Notes: generated by a model from the sequence alone, not told the origin. Counted from the first letter of the stretch, positions 9,846-19,871 are shown. The stretch: DNA of 64,000 nt from Longimicrobiales bacterium (GCA_965238005.1 OZ250165.1:2880001-2944000), one strand, 5' to 3'. Numbers and translations: made by a program.

Positions 9846-11420
9846 ATGAAACGAGTCGCGATCCTTGCGGTCGTGGCGCTAACGACAACGGGATTGGCGT
9901 GGGACGAAGAACTGAAAATTGGCATCGGAACGGAGCCCACGTCCATCGACCCGAACTTTTTCAATTTTCCGCAGAACCATGCGACCGCCGATCACTGGTC
10001 CGAGCCCCTGGTGATGTTAGACAACACCCAGCAGCCGACGCCAGCCCTTGCGGTCTCGTGGCGCACCCTGCCCGGCGACGACACGGTCTGGGAGTTCAAG
10101 CTGCGCGAGGGCGTTAAGTTTACGGACGGCACGCCGTTCACCGCCGATGATGTCCTTTTCACCCAGAAGTACGCGGTTTCTGTGAACGCCGCGGCGCCCC
10201 CCGGCGCCTATTGGAAAAACAAGACGATCACAAAGATCGACGACCACACCATCCACGTCACAACGGGAGCGCTGTCCCCGCTGATGGTGAGGGAGATGGC
10301 GATGGTCCACATCGTCTCCGAAAAGACCGGTGAGGGCAAAACGACCGCGGATTACAACACCGGCACGGCGACCATCGGCACCGGTCCCTATAAGTTCGTT
10401 GAATGGGTCCAGGGCGAGCGGATCGTATTCGAGGCCAATCCCGACTACTGGGGTGAGAAACCCGAGTGGAGCAAGGTGATATTCCGGCCGATCTCGTCCG
10501 ACGTGTCGCGGGTGGCGGCGCTGCTCTCGGGCTCGGTGGACATCATCGACTACGTGCCAACAGCCGACATTGCCCACCTGAGGAACAACCCCGAGGTGGC
10601 GCTCACTGAGGTCTCTTCCAACCGGGTGATTTTCTTTGTGCCGGACATTGGACGGGAGGTTACGCCCTTCGCCACGGCCAACGACGGCACCCCGATACCG
10701 AACCCCTTCCGCGACCTGCGGGTGCGCCAGGCGTTCTCGCTTGCCATCGACCGCACCGCAATCGCCGAGCGGGTGATGGAAGGAGCGGCCATTCCGGCGG
10801 GGCAAATGTCCCCGCCCTTCATCGTCGGGCACAATCCCAATCTCAAGCCCGACCCCATTGCTGTCGATGAAGCGAAGCGGCTGCTTAAGGAGGCGGGCTA
10901 TCCCGAAGGCTTCCGTCTCACGATCCATGGCCCTAACGACCGTTATGTCAACGACGAGAAGGTAGTGGCGACGGTGGCACAGATGTTGGCCAGGGTGGGC
11001 ATCAAAACCGAAGTCCAGACGCAGCCGAAGGCCACGTACTTCTCGCGGGCGAAAAGCGGTGGCCCCGACAAATCGCCGGAATTCTCCTACTTCATGATGG
11101 GTTCCGGCTCCGTCCTCGGTGATGGCGGCGAGCAGCTCTATGTCAGCCACTTCACTGTTGGAATCCGGCCTGACATGGGATGGCTCAACTATGGGCAGTA
11201 CTCCAATCCGGAGGTGGACTCACGCCTGATCGAAGCGGCCGAGACCACGGAGCCCAAGGAGCGGGAGCGGCTGATCCAAGAGGCCAACGAGATCATCATG
11301 ATGGACTACAGCATGATTCCGCTGCACTACCAGAAGAATGTCTGGGCACACCGTGCGGACCTGATCTACGCCGGCGACACCAACGAGAAGACCAAAGCCA
11401 TGTGGGTTTCGAAGAAGTAG
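9846..11420 (+). CDS. ABC transporter substrate-binding protein, family 5 (DppA/OppA-like)
   Basis: GGGAGG RBS, signal peptide, WEFKLREGVKFTDGTPFTADDV, GTGPYKF. Confidence 0.93.
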   Translation: MKRVAILAVVALTTTGLAWDEELKIGIGTEPTSIDPNFFNFPQNHATADHWSEPLVMLDNTQQPTPALAVSWRTLPGDDTVWEFKLREGVKFTDGTPFTADDVLFTQKYAVSVNAAAPPGAYWKNKTITKIDDHTIHVTTGALSPLMVREMAMVHIVSEKTGEGKTTADYNTGTATIGTGPYKFVEWVQGERIVFEANPDYWGEKPEWSKVIFRPISSDVSRVAALLSGSVDIIDYVPTADIAHLRNNPEVALTEVSSNRVIFFVPDIGREVTPFATANDGTPIPNPFRDLRVRQAFSLAIDRTAIAERVMEGAAIPAGQMSPPFIVGHNPNLKPDPIAVDEAKRLLKEAGYPEGFRLTIHGPNDRYVNDEKVVATVAQMLARVGIKTEVQTQPKATYFSRAKSGGPDKSPEFSYFMMGSGSVLGDGGEQLYVSHFTVGIRPDMGWLNYGQYSNPEVDSRLIEAAETTEPKERERLIQEANEIIMMDYSMIPLHYQKNVWAHRADLIYAGDTNEKTKAMWVSKK

Positions 11421-11586
11421 TCACGCATCAAGGTCTGTCTCTACCGCAGGACGCCGATCGTGTTATCCGACTGTCTCGCCGCCGGTCCACGCGACAGGCC
11501 GAGTCTACGCGTCCTTGTGCAAAGCAAGCAGCATCAGTCGAGTCGAGGGGGCGCGGCACAGCGCCCCTTCCTTCATCAGTCGGCGC

Positions 11587-11760
11587 GGCATTGTCAGACC
11601 AATGAGGGCTGCCCTGCGATCCCGGTGCTTGGTGGCGAAGACTTCGAGCACCTCGCCTTCATGATCCACCGCCCGCCAGAGGTAATGTGTCTCGCCATTG
11701 ATCTTCACGAACACGTCGTCCAGATGCCAGCGCCATTGGGGCCACAGCTTCAACCGCGAT
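11587..11760 (-). mobile_element. IS6-family relic (transposase fragment abutting terminal repeat)
   Basis: QWRWHLDDVFVKINGETHYLWRAVDHEGEVLE runs directly into an IS6-like end GGCATTGTCAGAC at 11587. Confidence 0.85.
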
Positions 11761-11938
11761 CCTCACGCCATCCGCCGCGCGCTTAGAAGTGCCTACGATC
11801 CTTGAAAAACGCGTCGGGTGGGGGTACTGTCAACGGTAAATCGACTCGGGCGCGATCACCTGGCCGAGGCCCCCGTTGGGAGAGAGGTAAAAAGTAACAA
11901 GCCGCCTGAGCTATGACCTAAGTTCGCGGTGGCGTTTC

Positions 11939-12451
11939 GTGGCTCAACGCGTGCCAAGACATAATAAGCACGAGTGTGGATTCTCCCTCATCGAGTTGAT
12001 GATAGTAACCGTCATCGTCGCGATTGTCGCGGGGATCGCGGGCATCCAACTGCGGAGGGTGCAGGTCAAGGCACACCTCGCATCGGTTGTTGCGGATGGA
12101 AGGATCCTTTACCACGGGCTCGAAGAGTTCTACACGGTTAATTACGGGTACCCCAACTCGAGTTCGAATCCAGCGTTCAACTTGGTAACCTTCGAGCCGC
12201 TGCGATCCACGATCGGCTACCAGGGAAGCATCAACTCCCGGCTCCTGAACGGGCAGGCCGACGCCTACGACTCTCCCGACGATCAGGGCCCCAACAAGGA
12301 GTGGTGGTTGCAGATGACGCTGCTGATCGACCCGAGCTTTCAGGTGGTGATCGCGGTGTCGGACAACGTCGCACTCAACCCCGGGACCTGGATGGACGGT
12401 GTGTATACGTTCGAGAACGGGGTGCTGATCGCAGGACCCAGGGTACCGTGA
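11939..12451 (+). CDS. Orphan type IV pilin-like protein
   Basis: Class III signal G|FSLIELMIV with Glu5 and hydrophobic helix. Confidence 0.85.
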   Translation: MAQRVPRHNKHECGFSLIELMIVTVIVAIVAGIAGIQLRRVQVKAHLASVVADGRILYHGLEEFYTVNYGYPNSSSNPAFNLVTFEPLRSTIGYQGSINSRLLNGQADAYDSPDDQGPNKEWWLQMTLLIDPSFQVVIAVSDNVALNPGTWMDGVYTFENGVLIAGPRVP

Positions 12452-12688
12452 GGCCCGGATCGACGTACCCTGCTCGCGTCCTCGTGGCTTAGAGGGCCGC
12501 AATGGCTCGTCCTTGCACGGGCCTACGCGAGCCTAAACCTTGGCCTGGGCACGGCGCCACGTTCTCGGCGGATAATTTTCTACCAACTCATCTCCGCCAT
12601 GCGGTGATGGGTCACCAGACCGGCACGGGTGAGTGCTCGTTGAGCGCCCAGATTTTGTCGTCCGGTTGAGCTAAAACCGGCCCCAAGA

Positions 12689-15600
12689 TCAGCGCCGCCG
12701 TGGCGCGGGCGGTACGATGGGTGGCACGCGGCCTGGCCAGAGGTTCCGGTCCATGAGCTCGGAATAGAGGGACGGTAGCTCAGTCTCCAGAAGCCGGTTC
12801 AACTCCTGGACGGTCTCTGTCGCGTCCTCGAACAGCCAATCGATCTGCCGGAGCTGATCGGGCCGCGGTGGGCCGGATGGCCAACGTTCGAGGTAGCCTT
12901 TGAGCCCCTGCCAGCCCGTGACGGCACTCATCACTTGCCGAACATCCCCCTGGAGGTCCGAGAGCCTTTCGGCCAACTCCTCTACGCGGCTCTGGATCTC
13001 TTCGCTGGCGGCCTCGCCTCCACGGCCAGCCTCGTCGGCAAGTTGCTTCTTGAGCCCCTCGATCTGGTCGGAGAGGGGGTTCACTACCTTCTGGGCGGCA
13101 TCCAGGGTCTTCAGGATCTCATGAAGGTCCAGCTGGGCAGCCTGGCGTGCCTGCCGATCCGCGTCCGAAACGTGGATCGAGGGATCTGCTTCCACCGTTA
13201 TCTGGCCCGTGAGCCGGGCTAGGCCGGCAGCACTCTCATCCCTGTTCACCGCTGCGCCTCGCGGGACATTGACTGCCACCCGGTAGCTTCCAGGCAGGAC
13301 GTTGGGACCTCGGGGCCCGGGATCACCGGCGTAAAGAAACGCTCCAGGCTCGTAGGCTGGCTCCATGCGGAGGTCCCAGAACACCCGATTCAGCCCCCGC
13401 TCGCCCGGCCCCTCCAGGGTGCGGATCACCTTCCCCCCGGCGTCGCTGATGACAACCTCCACGTCACCTTGGGATGACTCACCGAGGTAGTAGGTGATGC
13501 CAGCTCCGTACTCCGGGTTGGGCGCCAGGAACTGGCCGTTGCCGAACCAAACCTCGGGGTCGTAGGTGTGGAGGAGCCGGGCCGTCGGGACGGGCAGGAG
13601 GTGCTCCCGGGCCGCCAACACCTCAGACGTCAGGGCCTCCAGGGGTCCGATATCGTCCAGGATCCAGATACCCCGCCCATGGGTCCCCACGATCAGGTCG
13701 TTGTCCCGAGGGTGGATGATCAGATCATCCACAGGGACCGAAGGCATGTTGCCGTTCAGAGAGGCCCACGTGGCTCCCCCGTCAATGGACACATGCACCC
13801 CCTTCTCGTGCCCCACGAAGAGGAGCCGGGGGTTCCTCGGATGCTCCTGAATGATGTTGACCGACGTCTCCTCCGGCAGACCCCGGGCCAGCGCCCGCCA
13901 CCTCTGGCCGTAGTCCTCGCTCACGTAGACGTAGGGCCGGTAGTCGTCGTTGTAGTGCCCGTCGAAGGTGGCGTACACCCGGCCTTGGGCATGGTGGGAG
14001 GCCACCACCCTGCTCACAAAGGTTGTGGGGGGGAGGTCGGGGATCCGATCGGTGACGTTCGTCCAGTCGGCCCCGCCGTCCCGGGTGACGTGCACCTGCC
14101 CGTCGTCGCTCCCCGCGTAAAGAACATCCGGATTCAGGGGCGACTCGCCGATCGTCGTGAGGGCGGGGTAGGACGCGCTCCCGGTGACCCTGCGGCCCAT
14201 CATCTCCAGCGTATCCCGGTCCACCCCCATGGTCAGGTCCGCACTGATCACCTCCCAGTGCCGCCCCCGATCGCTTGACCGGAAGACCACCTGCGCTCCG
14301 AAGTAGATGGTCGCCGGATCGTGGCTCGACATGACCACCGGCGAGTTCCAGCCCCAGCGGTGGTTTTCCGCCGGAGCCGGGTTGATCGCCTGGCGCTCCC
14401 CGGTGGTGAGATGTAAGCGGTTGAGCCGCCCACCCTGGGACTCACTGAAAACAATGGTGTGGTCGTTGGGGTCGATCAGTGTGTAGAAGCCGTCACCCGG
14501 CCCGACCTTGGAGACATCGTGATTGGAGATGCCATCTTCGCTGCGGGTGGCGCTGGGCAGGCACCAGGAGCCGTAGTCCTGGCTGCCTCCGCAGACCCGG
14601 TACGGATCCCGCATGTCCACACCGATCGCGTAGAACTGGCCGATGGCCAGGTTGTCCTTGAACAACCAGCTCTCGCCCCGGTCCCAGGAGATCGATACCC
14701 CAGCGTCGCCGACGAGAATCATATGGTTGGAGTCGTCTGGATCGATCCAGAGGTCGTGGTGGTCAGGGTGGACTCCCATCGCCTCCGGGGCATCGTCGCG
14801 GAAGGTCTTGCCACCATCGTCCGAGACGTGAACTCGGGTGCCGAGCAGGTAGACACGGTCAGGGTCGTTGGGGTCGACGCGGATCTGGCTGTAGTACGAG
14901 GGTCTGGGGTTGAGCGTGTTGACGTGTTCCCAGCTGTCGCCCCGGTCGGTGCTCCGGAAGATGCCCCCCGTCTGCGCAACGCTTTGAGAGGGTCCAGAGA
15001 AGACGGCGAAGCCCCGCTGGGGGCCCGCCTCTACCACTGCGTAGATGATCCGCCCGTCTCGCCGGAAGATGTCCAGGCCGATCCGCCCCTTGTCCCCCTC
15101 CGGGAGTCCTCCCGTCAGCTCGGTCCAGCTCTCTCCCCCGTCGTGCGTCCGGTAGAGGCCGCTCCCGGGGCCACTACCGCTGAACCCCCACGCCCGCCGC
15201 CGCCGCTGGTACATGGCCGCGAAGACCGTCTCCGGGTCGTGGGGATCCATGGCCAGGTCGATCGCCCCGGTGTGCTCATCCACGTAGAGCACCCTCTCCC
15301 ACGTCTCCCCCCCATCGTTGCTCTTGAAGACTCCCCGCTCCGGGTTCGAACCCCATAGATGCCCCACCCCCGCCACGTACACGACATCCGGGTTCGTCGG
15401 ATGGATCACGATCCGGCCTACGTGCCGCGTCTCCTTCAGCCCCATGTGGCTCCAGCTCCGGCCGCCGTCCACCGACTTGTAGACGCCCTCGCCCCAAGAG
15501 GAGCTCTGCCGGTTGTTCGCCTCGCCCGTGCCTACCCACACCAGGTTCGGGTTCGAGGGGGCCACCGCCACATGGCCGATCCCGATCATCCCCTCCACGG

Positions 15601-15889
15601 AATCGAAGACCGGATCCCAGGTGGTGCCCTGGTTCGTGGATTTGAAGAGCCCTCCGATAGCAGTGCCCAGGTAGATGACGTCCGGGGCACCCGGCACCTT
15701 GGCGACTTCAATATCAGCGATTCGCCCCCCCATGGTTGCCGGACCCACGCTGCGCCACTTCAGGCCCGACAGGGCACCGCCAGCCGCCGCATCGTCCATG
15801 CTCTGTCCAGCCACTTCGGCGAGGTCTGGACCGCTGGGTATCCCAACGAGAAGCAGAATAAGGGTGAGGCAAGAACTCCCGGTACGCAT
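12689..15889 (-). CDS. Secreted VPS10/BNR-repeat beta-propeller protein (glycosyl hydrolase-like)
   Basis: Signal peptide, WRSVGPATMGGR, many SxDGGxTW repeats, C-terminal coiled region. Confidence 0.88.
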   Translation of the reverse strand: MRTGSSCLTLILLLVGIPSGPDLAEVAGQSMDDAAAGGALSGLKWRSVGPATMGGRIADIEVAKVPGAPDVIYLGTAIGGLFKSTNQGTTWDPVFDSVEGMIGIGHVAVAPSNPNLVWVGTGEANNRQSSSWGEGVYKSVDGGRSWSHMGLKETRHVGRIVIHPTNPDVVYVAGVGHLWGSNPERGVFKSNDGGETWERVLYVDEHTGAIDLAMDPHDPETVFAAMYQRRRRAWGFSGSGPGSGLYRTHDGGESWTELTGGLPEGDKGRIGLDIFRRDGRIIYAVVEAGPQRGFAVFSGPSQSVAQTGGIFRSTDRGDSWEHVNTLNPRPSYYSQIRVDPNDPDRVYLLGTRVHVSDDGGKTFRDDAPEAMGVHPDHHDLWIDPDDSNHMILVGDAGVSISWDRGESWLFKDNLAIGQFYAIGVDMRDPYRVCGGSQDYGSWCLPSATRSEDGISNHDVSKVGPGDGFYTLIDPNDHTIVFSESQGGRLNRLHLTTGERQAINPAPAENHRWGWNSPVVMSSHDPATIYFGAQVVFRSSDRGRHWEVISADLTMGVDRDTLEMMGRRVTGSASYPALTTIGESPLNPDVLYAGSDDGQVHVTRDGGADWTNVTDRIPDLPPTTFVSRVVASHHAQGRVYATFDGHYNDDYRPYVYVSEDYGQRWRALARGLPEETSVNIIQEHPRNPRLLFVGHEKGVHVSIDGGATWASLNGNMPSVPVDDLIIHPRDNDLIVGTHGRGIWILDDIGPLEALTSEVLAAREHLLPVPTARLLHTYDPEVWFGNGQFLAPNPEYGAGITYYLGESSQGDVEVVISDAGGKVIRTLEGPGERGLNRVFWDLRMEPAYEPGAFLYAGDPGPRGPNVLPGSYRVAVNVPRGAAVNRDESAAGLARLTGQITVEADPSIHVSDADRQARQAAQLDLHEILKTLDAAQKVVNPLSDQIEGLKKQLADEAGRGGEAASEEIQSRVEELAERLSDLQGDVRQVMSAVTGWQGLKGYLERWPSGPPRPDQLRQIDWLFEDATETVQELNRLLETELPSLYSELMDRNLWPGRVPPIVPPAPRRR

Positions 15890-16173
15890 GAGTACTCCTC
15901 CCTGCTTTCCTACCTTAACAACAACGCCCCCACTATCCGCCCTTCACTTCCCTGTGGCCACGCTCCGCGGATGCTCCATCAGCCAGTGCACCAACCAGGT
16001 CCGAAGCCGCTCCAGACGATCGACCAGAAGCCACGACTCACCGGCACGCGCTCCAGTCCGGGCGGCAATATACGTTCTCCGTCCGCGTGCTGGTAGGCGT
16101 TCCTCAAGGATTTCTGCGTGGGACGCCAACGATCAGTCTTGCGTGAAGGCCGCGCACATCGTACATAGGCCAA

Positions 16174-16185
16174 CCCCCCCCCCCC
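16174..16185. repeat. C12 homopolymer in divergent intergenic region
   Basis: 12 consecutive C. Confidence 0.9.
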
Positions 16186-16334
16186 GGGGAATACGACTTA
16201 AACCGAGGGGCCTCTATGTCGCGCAGATGCCCATTCCTCGTGGGGTTGGCTCCACGACGCTGCGGTCGTGTCGATCTCTGCTCTCGGCCTCCAATGCGTT
16301 CTTCACCCGCGGTGACCGCGACCGGGAAGGGTCT

Positions 16335-17402
16335 ATGAAACGCTCCATCGACTTTGTGTGGCTCGGCGCCGCCTTGTTGGTCGGCTCCGCAGCGCAGGCC
16401 CAGCAAAACCCAGTGCAGCCCCCAAGTCCCCTGCTCAGCTCTCACGACGTGTTCGAGTTCACGATCGAGGCGCCGTTCAAGAAAGTGTTCAGGGAACGGA
16501 GTCAGGAGTCGGAGCAGTTCCCTGCGGTTCTGACCTATCAGGACGGTAGTGAGCAGGTATCCCTCAATCTCAAAGTCAACACCCGGGGGCGGTTCAGGCT
16601 CCTGAAACGGACCTGCAACTTTCCACCCATCCAGCTGGATCTCCAGAAGGATTCGGTTGCCGGGACGATCTTTGCGGGGCAGAACAAGCTCAAAGTCGTG
16701 ACTCACTGCCAGAGCGGCCGGGATCAGTACGAGCAATACGTCCTTCAAGAATACCTTGTCTATCGCGCTTTCAACCTCTTCAGCGATATGAGCTTCCGTG
16801 TGCGGCTTGCGCACATCACGTACATCGACAACGAAGAGGACAAGGACCCGCTGACGAAATACGCGTTCCTCATCGAGCACAAAGACAATCTGGCCGCCCG
16901 GACCGGCTGGCAGATCTTGGGTGTTCCTCAAGTGCAGCCCAAATATTTCGATCAGGACAATCTCAACCTAGTGGCGGTCTTTCAATTCTTGATCGGCAAC
17001 ACCGACGTTTCCCTGTTCCAGGCGGCAGCGGGAGAGACCGAGTGTTGCCACAACGCCAAGGCCCTCGGCTCGATGGCGGGCCCCGTGTTCTCGGTTCCAT
17101 ATGATTTCGACATGTCGGGCATCATCAACACCCGCTATTCCGCGGTAGATGAACAGTTGGGAATTCGGAATGTAAAGCAGCGCTTGTTTCGCGGTCGCTG
17201 CGTACCGCCGGACCAGATGGCACGCACGCTACAGGTGTTCAAGGAACGGAAAGATGCGGTGTACGCACTCTACATGGAGCAACCACAGCTCGACGAGAAG
17301 GTGCGGGAAAAGACAATTGACTACCTCGACGATTTCTACGAGATCATCAACGATGACAGGAAGGTTCAGCGAGAAATTGTCGGGGACTGTCGTTCCATCT
17401 AG
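16335..17402 (+). CDS. Secreted protein, probable CotH-like atypical kinase fold
   Basis: Signal peptide; TRGRFR, EYLVY, FLIEH, IGNTD..HN..VPYDFD. Confidence 0.6.
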   Translation: MKRSIDFVWLGAALLVGSAAQAQQNPVQPPSPLLSSHDVFEFTIEAPFKKVFRERSQESEQFPAVLTYQDGSEQVSLNLKVNTRGRFRLLKRTCNFPPIQLDLQKDSVAGTIFAGQNKLKVVTHCQSGRDQYEQYVLQEYLVYRAFNLFSDMSFRVRLAHITYIDNEEDKDPLTKYAFLIEHKDNLAARTGWQILGVPQVQPKYFDQDNLNLVAVFQFLIGNTDVSLFQAAAGETECCHNAKALGSMAGPVFSVPYDFDMSGIINTRYSAVDEQLGIRNVKQRLFRGRCVPPDQMARTLQVFKERKDAVYALYMEQPQLDEKVREKTIDYLDDFYEIINDDRKVQREIVGDCRSI

Positions 17403-17522
17403 CTCATATGCAAGGAGTAGGTCTTCCCAGTTCCTCTTCGGATGCGTATACGTATCTTTATATCGTGAGTATACGTACGGGCCCGAATACCGATCGCCGA
17501 AGTACTTGGACAGGTCCCTGAA

Positions 17523-17948
17523 CTAGCCGCTTGCCCGGGCCAAACTCTTCAGGACCTCGTCGAAGAGGAAGAGGTCAGTCAGGAGCGCGCGGAAGTGAAC
17601 CGATGCGTTCAGATTGTCGACGAGCTGCGAGCTGATGGCGGACTGCGCCATCACGAGTCGAACGGCCGACCGGGTATCTCCCGCGTCCCGCTCGACGACC
17701 TTCCCCATGTCTCGATAGGCATCCGCGGGCTCCAGCCCGGCCACGACGTCACCCATCCCCTCCATGAGGGCGCCGAGGGCCTCGTCGGTGCGGTTAAAGT
17801 ACTCGCGCAGCTCACCCCCGGAAGCGCTGCCGCCGTCGCCCGACAACCCCTGAGCCGCGTACGCGAGGAAGAACTCGTAGCTCTCCTCGATCGTGTCGAT
17901 GTGCTTTCTGAGCTCGTCGGCCGTCACGTCAGGAGGACGCTCCCGCAT
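17523..17948 (-). CDS. Uncharacterised helical protein, last gene of molybdoenzyme operon
   Basis: 141-aa ORF with host-like codon usage, overlapping the cytochrome b 3' end. Confidence 0.7.
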   Translation of the reverse strand: MRERPPDVTADELRKHIDTIEESYEFFLAYAAQGLSGDGGSASGGELREYFNRTDEALGALMEGMGDVVAGLEPADAYRDMGKVVERDAGDTRSAVRLVMAQSAISSQLVDNLNASVHFRALLTDLFLFDEVLKSLARASG

Positions 17949-18867
17949 CGAACGTCATGCTCTCGTCAACCGCCGCCGTCTCGCCCGCCGCCGTCTCGGA
18001 CGCCGCCACCTCGCCCACCGACCCATGGGCAGCCACCGCCGACACTAGCTCCGGCTCTTCGGCCCCCGCGATGACCCACCGCTCGGGATCGTGGTGCCCC
18101 AAGTACTCGCTCCGAGAAATCCATCCGAAGATCATGGATTTCGTGATCCACCACTTGTCCGGCCTTATCGCGAAGTAGATGTGCGTGATGGTCAGGCCGA
18201 TCAGCACGACTCCTCCGAGGCCATGCAGCACGTAGACCACACCCCATGAGCTGTCGGCGAGCATGTACGGGTTCGCCGTCCAGAAGGGTGTCTCCAGTCG
18301 CAGCATCATCAGCACCCCGGTGGCTATGGCCACCAGGCCCGCCACCGCCGCAGCGTGGTGGAAGAGCTTGTGGTCGATGGGGTACTTGCCTGTCTTGGGC
18401 GCCTCCTCCCCACCGCGCCCCAGCATGTGGTTGACCTCCGCTATCCCCGCCTTGATGTCCGCCTTGTCGATCCACATCGCCCACAGGTCCTGCCAGAAGG
18501 TGGCGCGGATGATGTGATAGACGATCATGGCGGTGAGAATCACGCCTGCCACCCAGTGGATCGTCACCCAGACGAACTGGATGCCGAGGACCGGGAAGAA
18601 GGCAGTCACCAGAAGCACGAGCATCACCAGCGCCATGAGCCAGTGGAAGACCCGCTCCGTCATGGCATGCCGGAGGATCCGGCTGGGAAGGCCCGAGCTC
18701 GCGTCATCCGACGGCACCGCGCCCGCCGGCGCCAGGAAGCGCGCCCATACGGCGTGCAGCACCACGAAGCCGGCTCCGGCGATTATGGCAGCCCACATGA
18801 GGTCCCACGACACTCCGATCAGGACCTCCTGGTTCCACGGATTGACCGCTCGCCGCCACAGTTCCAT
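17929..18867 (-). CDS. Di-heme cytochrome b membrane subunit (FdnI/Ni-hydrogenase cyt b-like)
   Basis: TM helices with His: ERVFHW, IHWVAG, VLHG, THIYFA; GKY motif. Confidence 0.85.
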   Translation of the reverse strand: MELWRRAVNPWNQEVLIGVSWDLMWAAIIAGAGFVVLHAVWARFLAPAGAVPSDDASSGLPSRILRHAMTERVFHWLMALVMLVLLVTAFFPVLGIQFVWVTIHWVAGVILTAMIVYHIIRATFWQDLWAMWIDKADIKAGIAEVNHMLGRGGEEAPKTGKYPIDHKLFHHAAAVAGLVAIATGVLMMLRLETPFWTANPYMLADSSWGVVYVLHGLGGVVLIGLTITHIYFAIRPDKWWITKSMIFGWISRSEYLGHHDPERWVIAGAEEPELVSAVAAHGSVGEVAASETAAGETAAVDESMTFDAGASS

Positions 18868-18869
18868 GG

Positions 18870-19871
18870 CTAACTCCCCGCCCCGCGGACGGCCCTGCGG
18901 ACCAGATTCCGCATCATCGGGACCTTGAAGTCGTTGTGTCTCAGGGGCTGGGCCTTCGCAATGGCGAGCTCACCGGCCCGAATCCCGAGATCGTCCGACG
19001 GCGTCTGGCCCTGAATCAGCGATTCCGCCGACGCCAGCCGGACTGGATAGGGAGCGACTCCGTTCACGGACAGGCGCGCTTTCCCGATCACGCCGCCATT
19101 CATACGCATGGCCGAGGCCACGGCCACGAGAGCGAAGTCCCACGCCTTGCGGTCCTCCAACTTCTCGTAATAGAACCGGGCCCCCGCCCACCGGGCAGGC
19201 AGCCGTATCGCGGTCAACAGCTCGCCGGGCTTCAGAACCGTCATGCGCTCGATGTCGACGCTGGGCCGCATGAAGTAGTCCTCGGCATCGACGACGCGCT
19301 CTCCCCTGGGACCCTGGATCACGAACTGGGCATCCAGAGCGATGAGAGCGGGAGCCGTATCCGAAGGGTTCACCGCAACGCAACGACTCGAGCCCATGAT
19401 GCAGTGCTCGCGGTTCATGGCCGTGGGCGCCGACGCGTAGCACGTGTTGCCGCCGGCCCGGTAGCAAGGCCACCCACCCCGGTAGTACCAGCAGCGCGTG
19501 TCCTGTGAGAGGTTGCCACCCAGCGTGCCACGGTTCCGGATCTGCGGCGTGGCGACGCCAGCCGCGGCGTCCGTGAGGACACTGTAGCTCGACATCAGCT
19601 CCGGGTGGGTCGCCACATTCGTGATCGTGGTCATGGCCCCGATCTCGAGCCCGTCGCCCGTGGAGCGAACGCCCCGCAGCTCGTCCAGGTTCACGAGATC
19701 GACGACCGCGGCGGGTCGCTTGATGCGGTCCTTGAACCAGTCGAAGCTGTCCAAACCGCCGGACAACACCCAACCATCCTCACCGTACCGATCCAACAGG
19801 TCGATGGCATCGTCGACGCTCGTCGGCTGGAAGAGCTCGAACGCCGGGATCATGTCTCTGATGACCGCCAT
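18870..19871 (-). CDS. Xanthine dehydrogenase family FAD-binding subunit with 4Fe-4S insertion (PaoB/YagS-like)
   Basis: ATPQIRNRGTLGGN, RCWYYR..CYRAGGNTCY..RCVA, PSDTAPAL. Confidence 0.92.
   Translation of the reverse strand: MAVIRDMIPAFELFQPTSVDDAIDLLDRYGEDGWVLSGGLDSFDWFKDRIKRPAAVVDLVNLDELRGVRSTGDGLEIGAMTTITNVATHPELMSSYSVLTDAAAGVATPQIRNRGTLGGNLSQDTRCWYYRGGWPCYRAGGNTCYASAPTAMNREHCIMGSSRCVAVNPSDTAPALIALDAQFVIQGPRGERVVDAEDYFMRPSVDIERMTVLKPGELLTAIRLPARWAGARFYYEKLEDRKAWDFALVAVASAMRMNGGVIGKARLSVNGVAPYPVRLASAESLIQGQTPSDDLGIRAGELAIAKAQPLRHNDFKVPMMRNLVRRAVRGAGS

Noticed and set aside
15944..16173. Short minus-strand ORFs that may be a gene remnant
   Set aside because: No recognisable family; frame ambiguous
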